DNA from: a virus
Lineage: Duplodnaviria > Caudoviricetes
Virus record (IMG/VR): IMGVR_UViG_3300033407_000008
Coordinates: 6,466-70,465 of that record
Direction: 5' to 3' (one strand)
DNA: 64,000 bases
In this document: positions 27,969 through 36,661 of the stretch, in pieces
Numbering within the stretch: the first letter of the stretch is position 1
Layout: each line of letters begins with the position of its first letter
Notes under the pieces: model-generated
Databases searched by the model: none
What the model was told of the DNA's origin: nothing
The model's input: only the letters and a program-made list of their open reading frames with translations
Position numbers and translations under genes: made by a program

Positions 27969-28205
27969 ATGTCCGAACCACAGCAGATCGAACGAATCGA
28001 AGGCTGGCAGCCCTTCGCGACCGCGCCGAAGGACCGCCCGGTCTTGACCTGGAACTGCATAGACCCGATGGATGGCCACAAGATCCTCGAGTGGTACACC
28101 GTGCCGTCTGGGGGTTCCTGGATCGACTCCGGTAGCGGCCACATCGTGGAGGAACCGTACTTGCCGACCCACTGGCACGAGCTCCCAGCGGGGCCGTCCT
28201 CATGA
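27969..28205 (+). CDS. DUF551-like small phage protein
   Basis: WQPFATAPKD...VL...PTHWHELP. Confidence 0.75.
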   Translation: MSEPQQIERIEGWQPFATAPKDRPVLTWNCIDPMDGHKILEWYTVPSGGSWIDSGSGHIVEEPYLPTHWHELPAGPSS

Positions 28206-28546
28206 CCACCCTCCCCTGCACCGCCTGCTGCTGCACCATCCCCGCCGACGCCCGCCCCTGCCCGGAGTGCGGAGTCGCCGACCCGGCCGCCGAGTACGAG
28301 CTCTGCCCGGAGTGCCACGGCGAGGGCAGCTACGAGACCCTCGACCGCGCGGAGATCAGCTACGTCACCCTCTCGCCGCCGTACAAGGTGGTGGCCTGTC
28401 ACCGCTGCCGCGGCAAGGGTGCCGTCGAGCGGCCCTACGTCCTCGAGCGCTCCGCCGCCGAGGGAGACGTCACCGCCATCGCGGCGATCGACCGCCGCAC
28501 CGCCCGGAGGCACCGCACATGCCTACCCGCAAGCGCTACGTCCTGA
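28202..28546 (+). CDS. Zn-finger protein (CxxCxGxG type)
   Basis: CPECHGEG, CHRCRGKG. Confidence 0.65.
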   Translation: MTTLPCTACCCTIPADARPCPECGVADPAAEYELCPECHGEGSYETLDRAEISYVTLSPPYKVVACHRCRGKGAVERPYVLERSAAEGDVTAIAAIDRRTARRHRTCLPASATS

Positions 28547-28833
28547 TCCTGGAGGTCGAAGCCGACCGGCCGCCGCCGGGTGACGCCGTCTCTCGGGTCG
28601 CCGAGCACTCGACAGCCGCCGAGGCCTTCGCGCTCGGGCTCGACGGGGCCTCCTGTCGGCTCTTCCGCCCCGCCGCCGGCGAGTCCCTCCTCCGGTGCGC
28701 CGCCGAGATCCTCCAGGCGCTGGCAGAGGAGCCCGCCGGCGAGCTCCGGCTACACCTCCGGGGAATCCAGCGGGAGGCGGCGGGCACCCGGGAGCTGCTG
28801 CTCGAGCTCTTGACGCCGAGCGAGGTCGGTTAG
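28519..28833 (+). CDS. Hypothetical protein
   Basis: GGAGG RBS. Confidence 0.55.
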   Translation: MPTRKRYVLILEVEADRPPPGDAVSRVAEHSTAAEAFALGLDGASCRLFRPAAGESLLRCAAEILQALAEEPAGELRLHLRGIQREAAGTRELLLELLTPSEVG

Positions 28834-29048
28834 TGACCGGCCACGCTCTCCGCAGGCTCCGCCTCCGCCGCCGGCGGACGGTCGTGGTCTACGCCGCGGC
28901 GAGCACCCGCGCCCGCTACCGCCGGCCGCCCTCCCGCCAGGACTCGACGCTACGGCTGATCCTGGCGGCCCTCCTCGCCATCGGGCGGGGGCCGACGCGC
29001 TCGAGGCGGAGCTTCCGGCCCTGCGAGGAGGAGTCGCCTGATGGCTGA
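28833..29048 (+). CDS. Small Arg-rich hypothetical protein
   Basis: TAGTG-coupled; weak support. Confidence 0.3.
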   Translation: MTGHALRRLRLRRRRTVVVYAAASTRARYRRPPSRQDSTLRLILAALLAIGRGPTRSRRSFRPCEEESPDG

Positions 29049-29063
29049 GCTCGGGCGGGGCGG

Positions 29064-29093
29064 TTGACACGAACGACACAGTTGACGTAGCGT
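29064..29093 (+). promoter_or_regulatory. Promoter for a near-leaderless RHH transcript
   Basis: TTGACA-N18-TAGCGT; ATG 6 nt downstream with no SD. Confidence 0.55.
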
Positions 29094-29099
29094 CTGCCC

Positions 29100-29300
29100 A
29101 TGACAGACAAGGCGGCTGGAAACGGAGCGGGAGAGGAGCCTGCTCCGCCGGTGACATTGAGGCTCTCGGGTCGTCTCTTCCGGGACCTGGACGAGATCCG
29201 CTGGCGGCGCCGGACCTCCCGGAGCGCGCTCATCCGCGAGGCCCTGGAGGAATACGTCGAGCGGCACGGCGACGCGGCCACCGCGGAGCCGGTTGCGTGA
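29100..29300 (+). CDS. CopG/RHH transcriptional regulator
   Basis: VTLRLSGRLFRDLD...SRSALIREALEEY. Confidence 0.8.
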   Translation: MTDKAAGNGAGEEPAPPVTLRLSGRLFRDLDEIRWRRRTSRSALIREALEEYVERHGDAATAEPVA

Positions 29301-29605
29301 GGACCAGCGGCGGGGCAGAACCGGCGACATGGACAGACGGCAGCGGCCAGCGCCGGAGGGAGCCCACAATCAGGGGCCGCCTCAAGATGCGCATTCCGTT
29401 GCATGCCGCGCTCCGAGACTTCGTGATTGAACGCGACGGGCACCGATGCCGACGCTGCGACTCCGGAGCCTTTCTCGTTGCGGATCACGTGGTGTCGCGG
29501 CGCAACGGCGGACGTCACCACCCCGACAACATGCAATGCTTGTGCGACTCCTGCAACAAGCGCAAGGCCAACCTAGAGGATCGGGTTCTGGGGGCATCCG
29601 CATGA
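29297..29605 (+). CDS. HNH endonuclease
   Basis: RDGHRCRRC...DHVV...GG.HHPDNMQCLCDSCNKRK. Confidence 0.85.
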   Translation: MRTSGGAEPATWTDGSGQRRREPTIRGRLKMRIPLHAALRDFVIERDGHRCRRCDSGAFLVADHVVSRRNGGRHHPDNMQCLCDSCNKRKANLEDRVLGASA

Positions 29606-30480
29606 GCCGCTACCGGAAGATCGAGCTCCGCATGTGGGGTGACGCGAAGTTTCGTCGCCTTTCACCAATTCCGCCCTGTGGTCAGGGCCTGTGGCTCTGG
29701 CTCCTCACAGGACCACAAACCGGCGTGATCCCAGGACTGTACTCCGCGGGAGAGCTGGGAATGGCGGAGCTGCTGCGGTGGGAGCCGAAAGCCTTTCGGG
29801 AAGCCTTCGCCGAAGTCTTAGGCGAAGGGCTCGCACGATTCGATTCCAGGGCGCCGCTGGTGTGGCTTCCAAACGCGATCCGGCACAACCCACCGCAGTC
29901 TCCGAACGTGGTCAGGTCGTGGGCGGATGCGTGGGCAGAGCTTCCAGAGTGCGGCCTGAAACTCCTTGCGTTTGAGGAACTTAAAGGCTTCCTCGAAGGC
30001 TTCGGGAAAGGCTTCGGAGAGGCTTTCCCCAAGGCTTGCCCGAAGCCTATGGCGAATCAGGAACAGGAACAGGAACAGGAACAGGAACAGGAGCAGGAGC
30101 AAGAACACTCTCGCCCATCCGGGCGAGCGAGTGCGCCGGCCGACCCGGCTGGGCTGAACGGATTCGATGCGTGGTGGGCGGTCTACCCGCGAAAGGTCGG
30201 GAAGCGCAAAGCCCTCGCCGCCTGGCAGCGGCTCAAGAGATCCGGCGAGCTCCCGCCGCTCGACGAGATCCTGGCAGCGACGGAGACCCAGGCGAAGTCC
30301 CGGGAGTTCCGGCGCGACGGCGGCCAGTTCATCCCGCACCCGACGACGTGGCTCAACCGCGGGGGATGGGGCGATGTACTCGACAAAGCCCCGCGCGGCC
30401 CCTACGGGAACGACTACGATCCGCGAGACGACTTCAAAGAGGGCGAATCTGAGCTGTGGTTACCGCCGGAGGAACCGTGA
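29602..30480 (+). CDS. Phage replication initiator protein
   Basis: N-terminal wHTH-type RYRKI..RMW.DAKFRRLS; (QE)n linker; C-terminal FDAWWAVYPRKVGK...FIPHPTTWLN. Confidence 0.8.
   Translation: MSRYRKIELRMWGDAKFRRLSPIPPCGQGLWLWLLTGPQTGVIPGLYSAGELGMAELLRWEPKAFREAFAEVLGEGLARFDSRAPLVWLPNAIRHNPPQSPNVVRSWADAWAELPECGLKLLAFEELKGFLEGFGKGFGEAFPKACPKPMANQEQEQEQEQEQEQEQEHSRPSGRASAPADPAGLNGFDAWWAVYPRKVGKRKALAAWQRLKRSGELPPLDEILAATETQAKSREFRRDGGQFIPHPTTWLNRGGWGDVLDKAPRGPYGNDYDPRDDFKEGESELWLPPEEP
30058..30105 (+). repeat. Hexamer microsatellite encoding (QE)8
   Basis: (CAGGAA)5(CAGGAG)2CAAGAA. Confidence 0.9.
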
Positions 30481-31352
30481 TGGAGAAGCTGAGCAAGCTC
30501 ATGGCGCAGACGCTTCCGGCCGTGGTCGCCTCGAGCGCGACGGGCGAGGAGATCGACCGGTGGCTATCGGAGCCGACCGAGGCCGTTTGCGGAATCTGCG
30601 GGTGCCAGGCACTGAGGCGGTTCGAGCGGTTCAACGGCCGCTGTGAGCGATGCCGCACGGGATATGTCCTGGCAGCGCGAAAGGAAGCAACAGCCGATCC
30701 GCTCTGTGGGACATGCGAAGGCTCCGGGTGGAAGACGACCGGCGGCGACAGGTGGGCGCGCTGCGGGTGCCGGCGACCCGCCGACCCCGTCACCGATGCA
30801 CTGCTCCGCGCCGGTGTGCCGGCGGAGTATGCGGCGTTCGACCTCCACGGCTGGCGAGGCGAACTTCCGGCGGCGGTGATGGCGTTTCTCGCCGAGCCGG
30901 CGGCGCAGCGCTCGATCTACGTGCATGGGAGCCCGGGCAGGGGCAAGACACACCTCACGACCGCGATCTTCCGCCGCCTGATCACCGAAGGTCTCTCCGG
31001 GCAGTGGCGCGACTGCCCGACGCTGGTTCAGGCCGCCCGCGGGATGCTCAGAAGGGGCGCCGACGAAGAGTACGACGCGGAGGTCTTCCGGCTGCAGACC
31101 GCCGACGTTCTCTTGCTCGACGATCTCGGCTCTGAGCTCGACTCAGAGTTCTCGCGCGACTACCTTGGGACGCTGATCCGGTCGAGGCACGCGGAGCAGC
31201 GGATCGTGATCGCCAACAGCAACCGGAGCCTCGCCGCCCTGGTCGCACCGAAAGAGGACGGCGGCCTGGGACGTGACCCCGCGATCGGATCCAGGCTGCG
31301 CGGCCTCGCCGTCGAGGTCGGCGGCTCAGACCAAAGGACGCGACGACACTGA
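30480..31352 (+). CDS. DnaC/IstB-like helicase loader ATPase
   Basis: Walker A GSPGRGKTHL, LLLDDLGSE, NSN, SRL; Zn motifs; follows Rep. Confidence 0.85.
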   Translation: MEKLSKLMAQTLPAVVASSATGEEIDRWLSEPTEAVCGICGCQALRRFERFNGRCERCRTGYVLAARKEATADPLCGTCEGSGWKTTGGDRWARCGCRRPADPVTDALLRAGVPAEYAAFDLHGWRGELPAAVMAFLAEPAAQRSIYVHGSPGRGKTHLTTAIFRRLITEGLSGQWRDCPTLVQAARGMLRRGADEEYDAEVFRLQTADVLLLDDLGSELDSEFSRDYLGTLIRSRHAEQRIVIANSNRSLAALVAPKEDGGLGRDPAIGSRLRGLAVEVGGSDQRTRRH

Positions 31353-31404
31353 CCCCGTGGTAGGCTTCAACCGAACCAGCACGCCGCACAGGGAGGACCG
31401 CACG

Positions 31405-31881
31405 ATGCCCGCCGAATCCACGACCGAGCTCAACTTGCTCGAGATCTCCGACGCCCGGGTCGACCTCGTCACAGCCGGCGACCAGGACGAGGCACTCGCC
31501 GCCTGGGCGCGCAAGTACGGTCGCCGCCTTGCCCACACCGCCCTCGCCGGCCGGCAGCACCTCGACCGGATGGACCGATCCCACCGGGCGCTACTGAACG
31601 CGGTCCAGGCCGGCATGCGGATGCTGACGAACATCGGGAACCTGATGGTCTCGTGCCGAAGCCGGCCGATCAACCAGGGCGCGCTCCGGGATGCCGTCCA
31701 GTCCCACTCGAGCCTGATGATCGGCCAGCTCTGTGCGGCCGAGGCGGTGCTCCTCTCCGACGATCCCGCCGAGCAGCAGGCGAGGGCGGAGGCCGGCGTG
31801 CGGAAGATCCTCGGCCGCGGGACGGAGTTCATCGCCGTGACCGAGGCGGACCTGGCAGTTCCGGGCGGGGGTGGGATGTGA
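31405..31881 (+). CDS. Hypothetical protein
   Basis: Leader motif plus GGGAGG RBS. Confidence 0.65.
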   Translation: MPAESTTELNLLEISDARVDLVTAGDQDEALAAWARKYGRRLAHTALAGRQHLDRMDRSHRALLNAVQAGMRMLTNIGNLMVSCRSRPINQGALRDAVQSHSSLMIGQLCAAEAVLLSDDPAEQQARAEAGVRKILGRGTEFIAVTEADLAVPGGGGM

Positions 31882-32315
31882 GCGTGCCGAGCGAGACGGA
31901 ACTGGAGCGCCGAGCCCGCCAAGCCGAACGCGCCGTGGTCCGGATGGCCGAGGAGTTGGCCGACGCTCTCGACAAGGTCCGGTCCCTGAACGCTGAGCGG
32001 GTGCAACTGCTGCGCCTGTTTGCCGATCGTCGGCTAGAGCTCGGCATGGAGACGATGGAGGACGAAGGCTCGGCGTTGTGCGGCTACCGCTACAGCGCCT
32101 CCGTGATCCTCAACGAAACTGGAATCCGCCCGCCGATCGGCGAAGTCTCGCACCTGTTGACCAACGTCCTCCCGCGCATGATCGCCGAGAAGGTCAGCCG
32201 GATGTCACCGGAGGAACGAGTGGCTTTGCGTCCGAAGATCATGCCGCGAGACGCGCGGGATCGCGCCGCCGAGATCGAGCCCGGAGACGACGTCAACCTC
32301 GCTCTGGAGCGCTGA
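31878..32315 (+). CDS. Hypothetical coiled-coil protein
   Basis: GTGA-coupled. Confidence 0.6.
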   Translation: MSVPSETELERRARQAERAVVRMAEELADALDKVRSLNAERVQLLRLFADRRLELGMETMEDEGSALCGYRYSASVILNETGIRPPIGEVSHLLTNVLPRMIAEKVSRMSPEERVALRPKIMPRDARDRAAEIEPGDDVNLALER

Positions 32316-32317
32316 CC

Positions 32318-32512
32318 ATGGCCGCCCACTCCGAGGACCGCATCCGCCGGCGTCGCATCCAAGGCCGCGAAGCCCACGAAACCGCCCGCCGCCGGAAGCG
32401 CCGCGAGCTCCGCCGTCGCGGTGTCGCCGTGGCCGACCACCACCTGTACCCGATGGACCCGGAGAAGCAGCCGTTCCGCAAGCTCGTGGCCCGGGCCGTC
32501 CGGCGCCACTGA
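32318..32512 (+). CDS. Small Arg-rich protein
   Basis: GGAG RBS; RRRRIQGR...RRRKRRELRRR. Confidence 0.5.
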   Translation: MAAHSEDRIRRRRIQGREAHETARRRKRRELRRRGVAVADHHLYPMDPEKQPFRKLVARAVRRH

Positions 32513-32553
32513 GCCTCCAACGCACCACCGAACCGACCGAGGAGGAACCACCG

Positions 32554-32829
32554 ATGGCCCGAAAGACCCCGCGAGAGCGCGCCCGAGCCCACGCCGGCAA
32601 GATCCTGCGCGCCTACTACGAGCTGGCGAAGGTGACCGACCTGCCGGAGGAGACGATCGCCGATCTCGACGAACAGCTCTCGGCGGCCCACTTCCACGCG
32701 ATGGAGAGCGTTCGGTCGCGGCCGACGGAGTTCCGGTTCCAGGACGAGGCGACGACGCCTGCCGCCGCCGCTCCCGCCGAGCCGCCCCCGAAGGCCCCGA
32801 AGGCCGCCCGCAGTCCGAGCACCGACTGA
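32554..32829 (+). CDS. Hypothetical protein
   Basis: GAGGAGG RBS. Confidence 0.6.
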   Translation: MARKTPRERARAHAGKILRAYYELAKVTDLPEETIADLDEQLSAAHFHAMESVRSRPTEFRFQDEATTPAAAAPAEPPPKAPKAARSPSTD

Positions 32830-32833
32830 CCCC

Positions 32834-33193
32834 TCACCGGCGGGCCGGCCTGGCAATCGCCGGCGCCGGTCCGCCGAGGTCTTCCTGGACCAGCATCCCC
32901 GCCGCCACCAGCACGTCCGCCCACTCGACCCCAAGAGACTCGGCCAGGGCCCGCGCCCTGATGCGGGTCGCCGGCCGGCTCCATCCGACCGAGCCGACGG
33001 TCTCGACGCGGGCGACGAAGTGCCGCTCTACCTCGATCTCTGAGCCCCCCGCCGCCCACGCCACGCTCCCCCTTGCCGCCGCCAGCAGGTAGGCGGTGGC
33101 GCGCTCCGCGACCTCCTCTTGCGAGGCACCCGTGATCTCTCGCGCCTCGCGGTACAGCCGGGCAACGTCCGCCGCCTCGAAGTTCGTGCCCAT
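32834..33193 (-). CDS. XRE-family HTH repressor-like protein
   Basis: MGTNFEAADVARLYREAREITGASQEEVAER...VARVE...RIRALAESLGV; GGAGG RBS on minus strand; only reverse gene in the left 58 kb. Confidence 0.7.
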   Translation of the reverse strand: MGTNFEAADVARLYREAREITGASQEEVAERATAYLLAAARGSVAWAAGGSEIEVERHFVARVETVGSVGWSRPATRIRARALAESLGVEWADVLVAAGMLVQEDLGGPAPAIARPARR

Positions 33194-33225
33194 CTGCTTG
33201 TGTCCTCCCCGATGACGAGATTGTA

Positions 33226-33247
33226 CGGAAAGTGTACAGACTTTCCG
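33226..33247. promoter_or_regulatory. Palindromic operator between divergent XRE gene and head operon
   Basis: CGGAAAGT-N6-ACTTTCCG perfect inverted repeat; overlaps minus-strand TACACT and abuts minus-strand TACAAT (-10-like hexamers). Confidence 0.65.
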
Positions 33248-33285
33248 GCGAAGATCTGATACACACCCGCTCGACAGCGGCCAGC

Positions 33286-33365
33286 CCGTGGAATCGGTAC
33301 TCGCCGCGCCGCCCACCAGCCGTGGAATCGGCGCAGGGCAAGAGGCTGCGAAACCGTGGAATCGG
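33286..33365 (+). repeat. Three CCGTGGAATCGG repeats at exact 34-bp period
   Basis: Copies at 33286, 33320 and 33354, with two unrelated 22-nt spacers. Confidence 0.9.
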
Positions 33366-33388
33366 ACCTCGCAGAAGGGAACTAGACC

Positions 33389-34183
33389 ATGAAGCTGAAG
33401 CTCAAGAAAGACGCCGAAGGAAAGCCCGTCTGGCAGGAGGACAAGCCCGTCTACGTGAACGAGGAGACGGGGCAGGATCTCGCGGCCAACGTGCCGGAGC
33501 TGTTCGATCGGCTCGAGGCCACTCGGCACGAGGCGCAGGACCACCGCGAGAAGAAGGAGGCGGCCGAGGGTCAGCTCCAGGCGCTCCGGGCGGTGATCGG
33601 TGACGCGACCACACCCGAGACCCTGAAGGCGACGCTCGCCGAGCACAAGCGCCTGAAGGAGGCGAAGCCCGGCGACCCGAAGGTCAAGCCGCCCTCCGAG
33701 GAGGAGCTCGAGCGCCTCGTTCAGGAACGGTTCGAGGCGGCCCTCGCCGAGAAGGAGACGGAGATCGAGGGGCTCCAGGCGAAGGTCACGCTGACCGAGA
33801 CCGACCTCGCAACGGCCGTGGGGAAACACGACCGTCTGCTCCTCAAGACCGAGGCCCAGGCCGCGATCGACCAGGTCGGCATCCGGAGCGAGCTCCGTGA
33901 CGACGCTCTGCGCTACGTCGAGTCGCTCTGGCGGGTCGAGAAGGACGGGCAGATCCTTCGCCGCGGCGCCGATGGCAAGCCTCTGACCGGCACGGACCCG
34001 ACGAAGAACTTGACGATCCTCGAGGACCTCCAGGGCTTGACCCGGAAGGAGAAGCGCGTCTGGCTGCCGCCGGCCAAGGGCTCCCAGGACCCGAGCTTCT
34101 CCCCGGACGGGCCCTCCGGTGTCGAGGACAACCAGAAGTCCGCGGGCGCCTTGATCAGCGAGTCGTTCGCGATACAACCCTGA
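33389..34183 (+). CDS. Capsid scaffolding protein
   Basis: KLKKDAEGKPV...KPVYV; coiled-coil, E/K-rich; immediately before MCP. Confidence 0.7.
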   Translation: MKLKLKKDAEGKPVWQEDKPVYVNEETGQDLAANVPELFDRLEATRHEAQDHREKKEAAEGQLQALRAVIGDATTPETLKATLAEHKRLKEAKPGDPKVKPPSEEELERLVQERFEAALAEKETEIEGLQAKVTLTETDLATAVGKHDRLLLKTEAQAAIDQVGIRSELRDDALRYVESLWRVEKDGQILRRGADGKPLTGTDPTKNLTILEDLQGLTRKEKRVWLPPAKGSQDPSFSPDGPSGVEDNQKSAGALISESFAIQP

Positions 34184-34227
34184 CCGGCGGGCTCTGACGG
34201 CTCCCGGGGATAGGAGGACGACCGGCA

Positions 34228-35160
34228 ATGTTCAGCATGACGGAGTTCCTGAAGACCGAGATGCCCAAGCCCACCCGGGCCGTCATCAAGAAGTTCGTCG
34301 ATGTGTCGCAGATCTTGCGGGTCATCCCGTGGGACTCGATCATCGGCCCCGGCAGCCCGTTCAACCGCCAGACCGGCCTTCCGACGCCGACGAAGCGCGC
34401 CGTCGGCGAGACCTACACCCACAGCCAGTCGACGATCGACCCCGGCTTCGAGGCGCTGAAGATCCAGGGCGGCAAGTCGACGTTCGACGCCTTCCAGGTC
34501 GCGACCGGCGGCGGGAGTCGGCGGACGACCGAGATCGAGGCCTTCCTCGAGGCGATCGCGCTCAACTTCAACCGCGACTTCATCAAGGGGGACCAGGCGA
34601 CCGACCCCCGCGACTTCGACGGCCTTCAGGTCCGGCTGACGGGCGCCCAGGTGATCCAGGCCGACCCGGCCGCCGGGACGGTCCATCCGCTGTCGATCAA
34701 GCAGGCGCTCGAGACGAAGAAGCGCGTCCGCAACCCGACGCACTGGGTCATGTCGGACTCCCACCAGAACTGGCTCACGGTGATGGCCCACGACCGAACC
34801 GTCGGCGGCTACATCACCCGCACCAAGGACCAGATGGGCGACGAGGTGATGAACTTCTGCAACCTCCCCGTCCAGGTCCTGGACGTCGACGCCGAAGACA
34901 CCGAGGTGCTGGACTTCACCGAAGCCGTCACCGCCGGTGGCAACGACGGCTCGAGCATCTACTGCGTCTCGTTCCGACCGGACCGCCTCCACGGGATCCA
35001 GAACGCCTTCCCGCAGGGCAAGGACCTGGGCCTCGACCCGACGAACGGCACCCAGTACCACGCGGTCGTGGACTGGTACGCCGCGATCAAGATGGAGCAC
35101 GCTCGCTCGGCGGCCCGCCTGCGGGACATCGCCGACGCGATGCCGACGCTCAACCCGTAG
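34228..35160 (+). CDS. Major capsid protein (HK97 fold, BPP-1 Bbp17-like)
   Basis: LP....RAVGE, FIKGD...DFDGLQVRL, VVDWY, ARLRDI; AGGAGG RBS. Confidence 0.85.
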   Translation: MFSMTEFLKTEMPKPTRAVIKKFVDVSQILRVIPWDSIIGPGSPFNRQTGLPTPTKRAVGETYTHSQSTIDPGFEALKIQGGKSTFDAFQVATGGGSRRTTEIEAFLEAIALNFNRDFIKGDQATDPRDFDGLQVRLTGAQVIQADPAAGTVHPLSIKQALETKKRVRNPTHWVMSDSHQNWLTVMAHDRTVGGYITRTKDQMGDEVMNFCNLPVQVLDVDAEDTEVLDFTEAVTAGGNDGSSIYCVSFRPDRLHGIQNAFPQGKDLGLDPTNGTQYHAVVDWYAAIKMEHARSAARLRDIADAMPTLNP

Positions 35161-35224
35161 GCGCGCGCTGACCCAGGAGAGCGAGCCCACCATCCTGACG
35201 GACTGAAAAGGGAGACCCAAGACC

Positions 35225-35647
35225 ATGCCCCAGAAGAAGAGCTTCACCCCCGCGATCGACCAGCTCATGCGGGACGCCGGGGCCATCACGGCCTCGGCGG
35301 CCGCCCTGGTCGGAGGGGTCGCCAAGGAGTTCAACCTCGGCCCCGGCCTCTACGAGGGCCGTATCCACGTCGAGCTCACGGCGTTCGACATCACCGGCGG
35401 TGCCGGCGGCTTCGAGCGCTACAACATCCTCGTCCAGGGCAAGGACGCGGCCGGCAACTGGACGACCCTCGCCCAGCTCCAGATCGGCGAGGCGACCGTC
35501 ACCGACCACGGCGAGGACAGCGTGGCCGGCCACTACGTCATCTACTTCGCCAACGAGCACAACGGCGAGATCTTCGAGACGATCCGGCTCTTCGACGCCA
35601 TGTCGGGCGAGACGCCGTCGATCAACTACAGCGCCTGGCTCGACTGA
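35225..35647 (+). CDS. Capsid cement/decoration protein (Bbp16-like)
   Basis: Beta-rich 140 aa after MCP; ITASAAA, NLGPG, ERYNILVQG. Confidence 0.6.
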   Translation: MPQKKSFTPAIDQLMRDAGAITASAAALVGGVAKEFNLGPGLYEGRIHVELTAFDITGGAGGFERYNILVQGKDAAGNWTTLAQLQIGEATVTDHGEDSVAGHYVIYFANEHNGEIFETIRLFDAMSGETPSINYSAWLD

Positions 35648-35673
35648 GGCGCGCGGAAAGGAACCGGACTGCC

Positions 35674-36117
35674 ATGGCGACCGAAGCGGAAACCATCACC
35701 CAGCTCATGACCCTCCTGACGCAGCAGCGCCAGGCGAACGAGCGTCCGCCCCAGCCGGCCCGCGTCGAGGTCTACGACGCCGTGACCGCCGAGCCCCGGA
35801 TGCTCTACCGGATCGACGCCCGCGAGCAGATGGCGCGCGGGATGGTCGTCGACGACCCCAAGAAGGCGAAGAAGCCCGACCCGAAGGTGCTCGCCGCGGC
35901 GAAGGCCGCCCAGCAGCGCCAGGAGGCCGAGGGGCTCGAGGCCCTGGAGATCGAGGAGCTCCGCAAGCTCTGGCGCGCGCTCCACGAGGACCAGGAGCCC
36001 AACCCGCGCCTGGGCACCACCCGCCTCATCAAGGAGATCGAGGAGGCGCGGGCGGCCGTCGAGAGCGCGGACCAGGAAGCCGAGGGCGGCGGCACCGGCG
36101 AGGGCGGCGAGGAGTAG
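35674..36117 (+). CDS. Head-region protein with C-terminal HeH/Rho-N-like helices
   Basis: LEIEELRKLW...TRLIKEIEEA. Confidence 0.55.
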   Translation: MATEAETITQLMTLLTQQRQANERPPQPARVEVYDAVTAEPRMLYRIDAREQMARGMVVDDPKKAKKPDPKVLAAAKAAQQRQEAEGLEALEIEELRKLWRALHEDQEPNPRLGTTRLIKEIEEARAAVESADQEAEGGGTGEGGEE

Positions 36118-36127
36118 CCCCTGAGCC

Positions 36128-36658
36128 ATGGCGTTCGCCCCCGAGGAGGTCGAGAACGGCGCCGGCTTGGCCACGGCGATCGTCTACGCCAAGCCGGCGT
36201 CGGTCGATCCCGTGGCCGACGCCGTCGCCCATCTCACCCGCCGGGGGCGGACGCGGTTTGCCGCCGAGATCACGGCCAGCCAGGAGGCGCATCTGCTCCG
36301 GGCCGTCGAGTACGCCGAGGGCCTGGCACGGGACCGGATCATGGGCATCCCGCGAAACCTGGACCAGGGGCTCCTCATGCCACGCCAGTACATCGTGGTC
36401 AACGGCCTGCTGCTGCCCGAGACCGAGGTGCCGCTTCTGTGGCTCTACGCGGTGTGGGAGGCCGCGGAGCTCTCGGCCTCCGGCCAGCCGCTCGGCCACG
36501 TGGTCGAGGACAAGGTCAACGTGACGAAGGAGACGACGGGACGGGCGCTCACGACCGAGTGGAGCGGCGCCGGCGCGACGAAGGCGCGGCGCTACCCGTG
36601 GATCTACCGCCTCCTGACGCCCTTCCTTCGGGAGGCCGGCGAGGTACAGCGAGGATGA
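36128..36658 (+). CDS. Head-tail adaptor (DnaT-like phage family)
   Basis: EAHLLRAVEY...G...QGLLMPR...VP; position in neck cluster. Confidence 0.7.
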   Translation: MAFAPEEVENGAGLATAIVYAKPASVDPVADAVAHLTRRGRTRFAAEITASQEAHLLRAVEYAEGLARDRIMGIPRNLDQGLLMPRQYIVVNGLLLPETEVPLLWLYAVWEAAELSASGQPLGHVVEDKVNVTKETTGRALTTEWSGAGATKARRYPWIYRLLTPFLREAGEVQRG

Positions 36659-36661
36659 GCG

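Noticed and set aside
33286-33365. Possible mini-CRISPR array
   Set aside because: Repeats of 12 bp and spacers of 22 bp are below CRISPR sizes, and there are no cas genes; kept as a regulatory repeat
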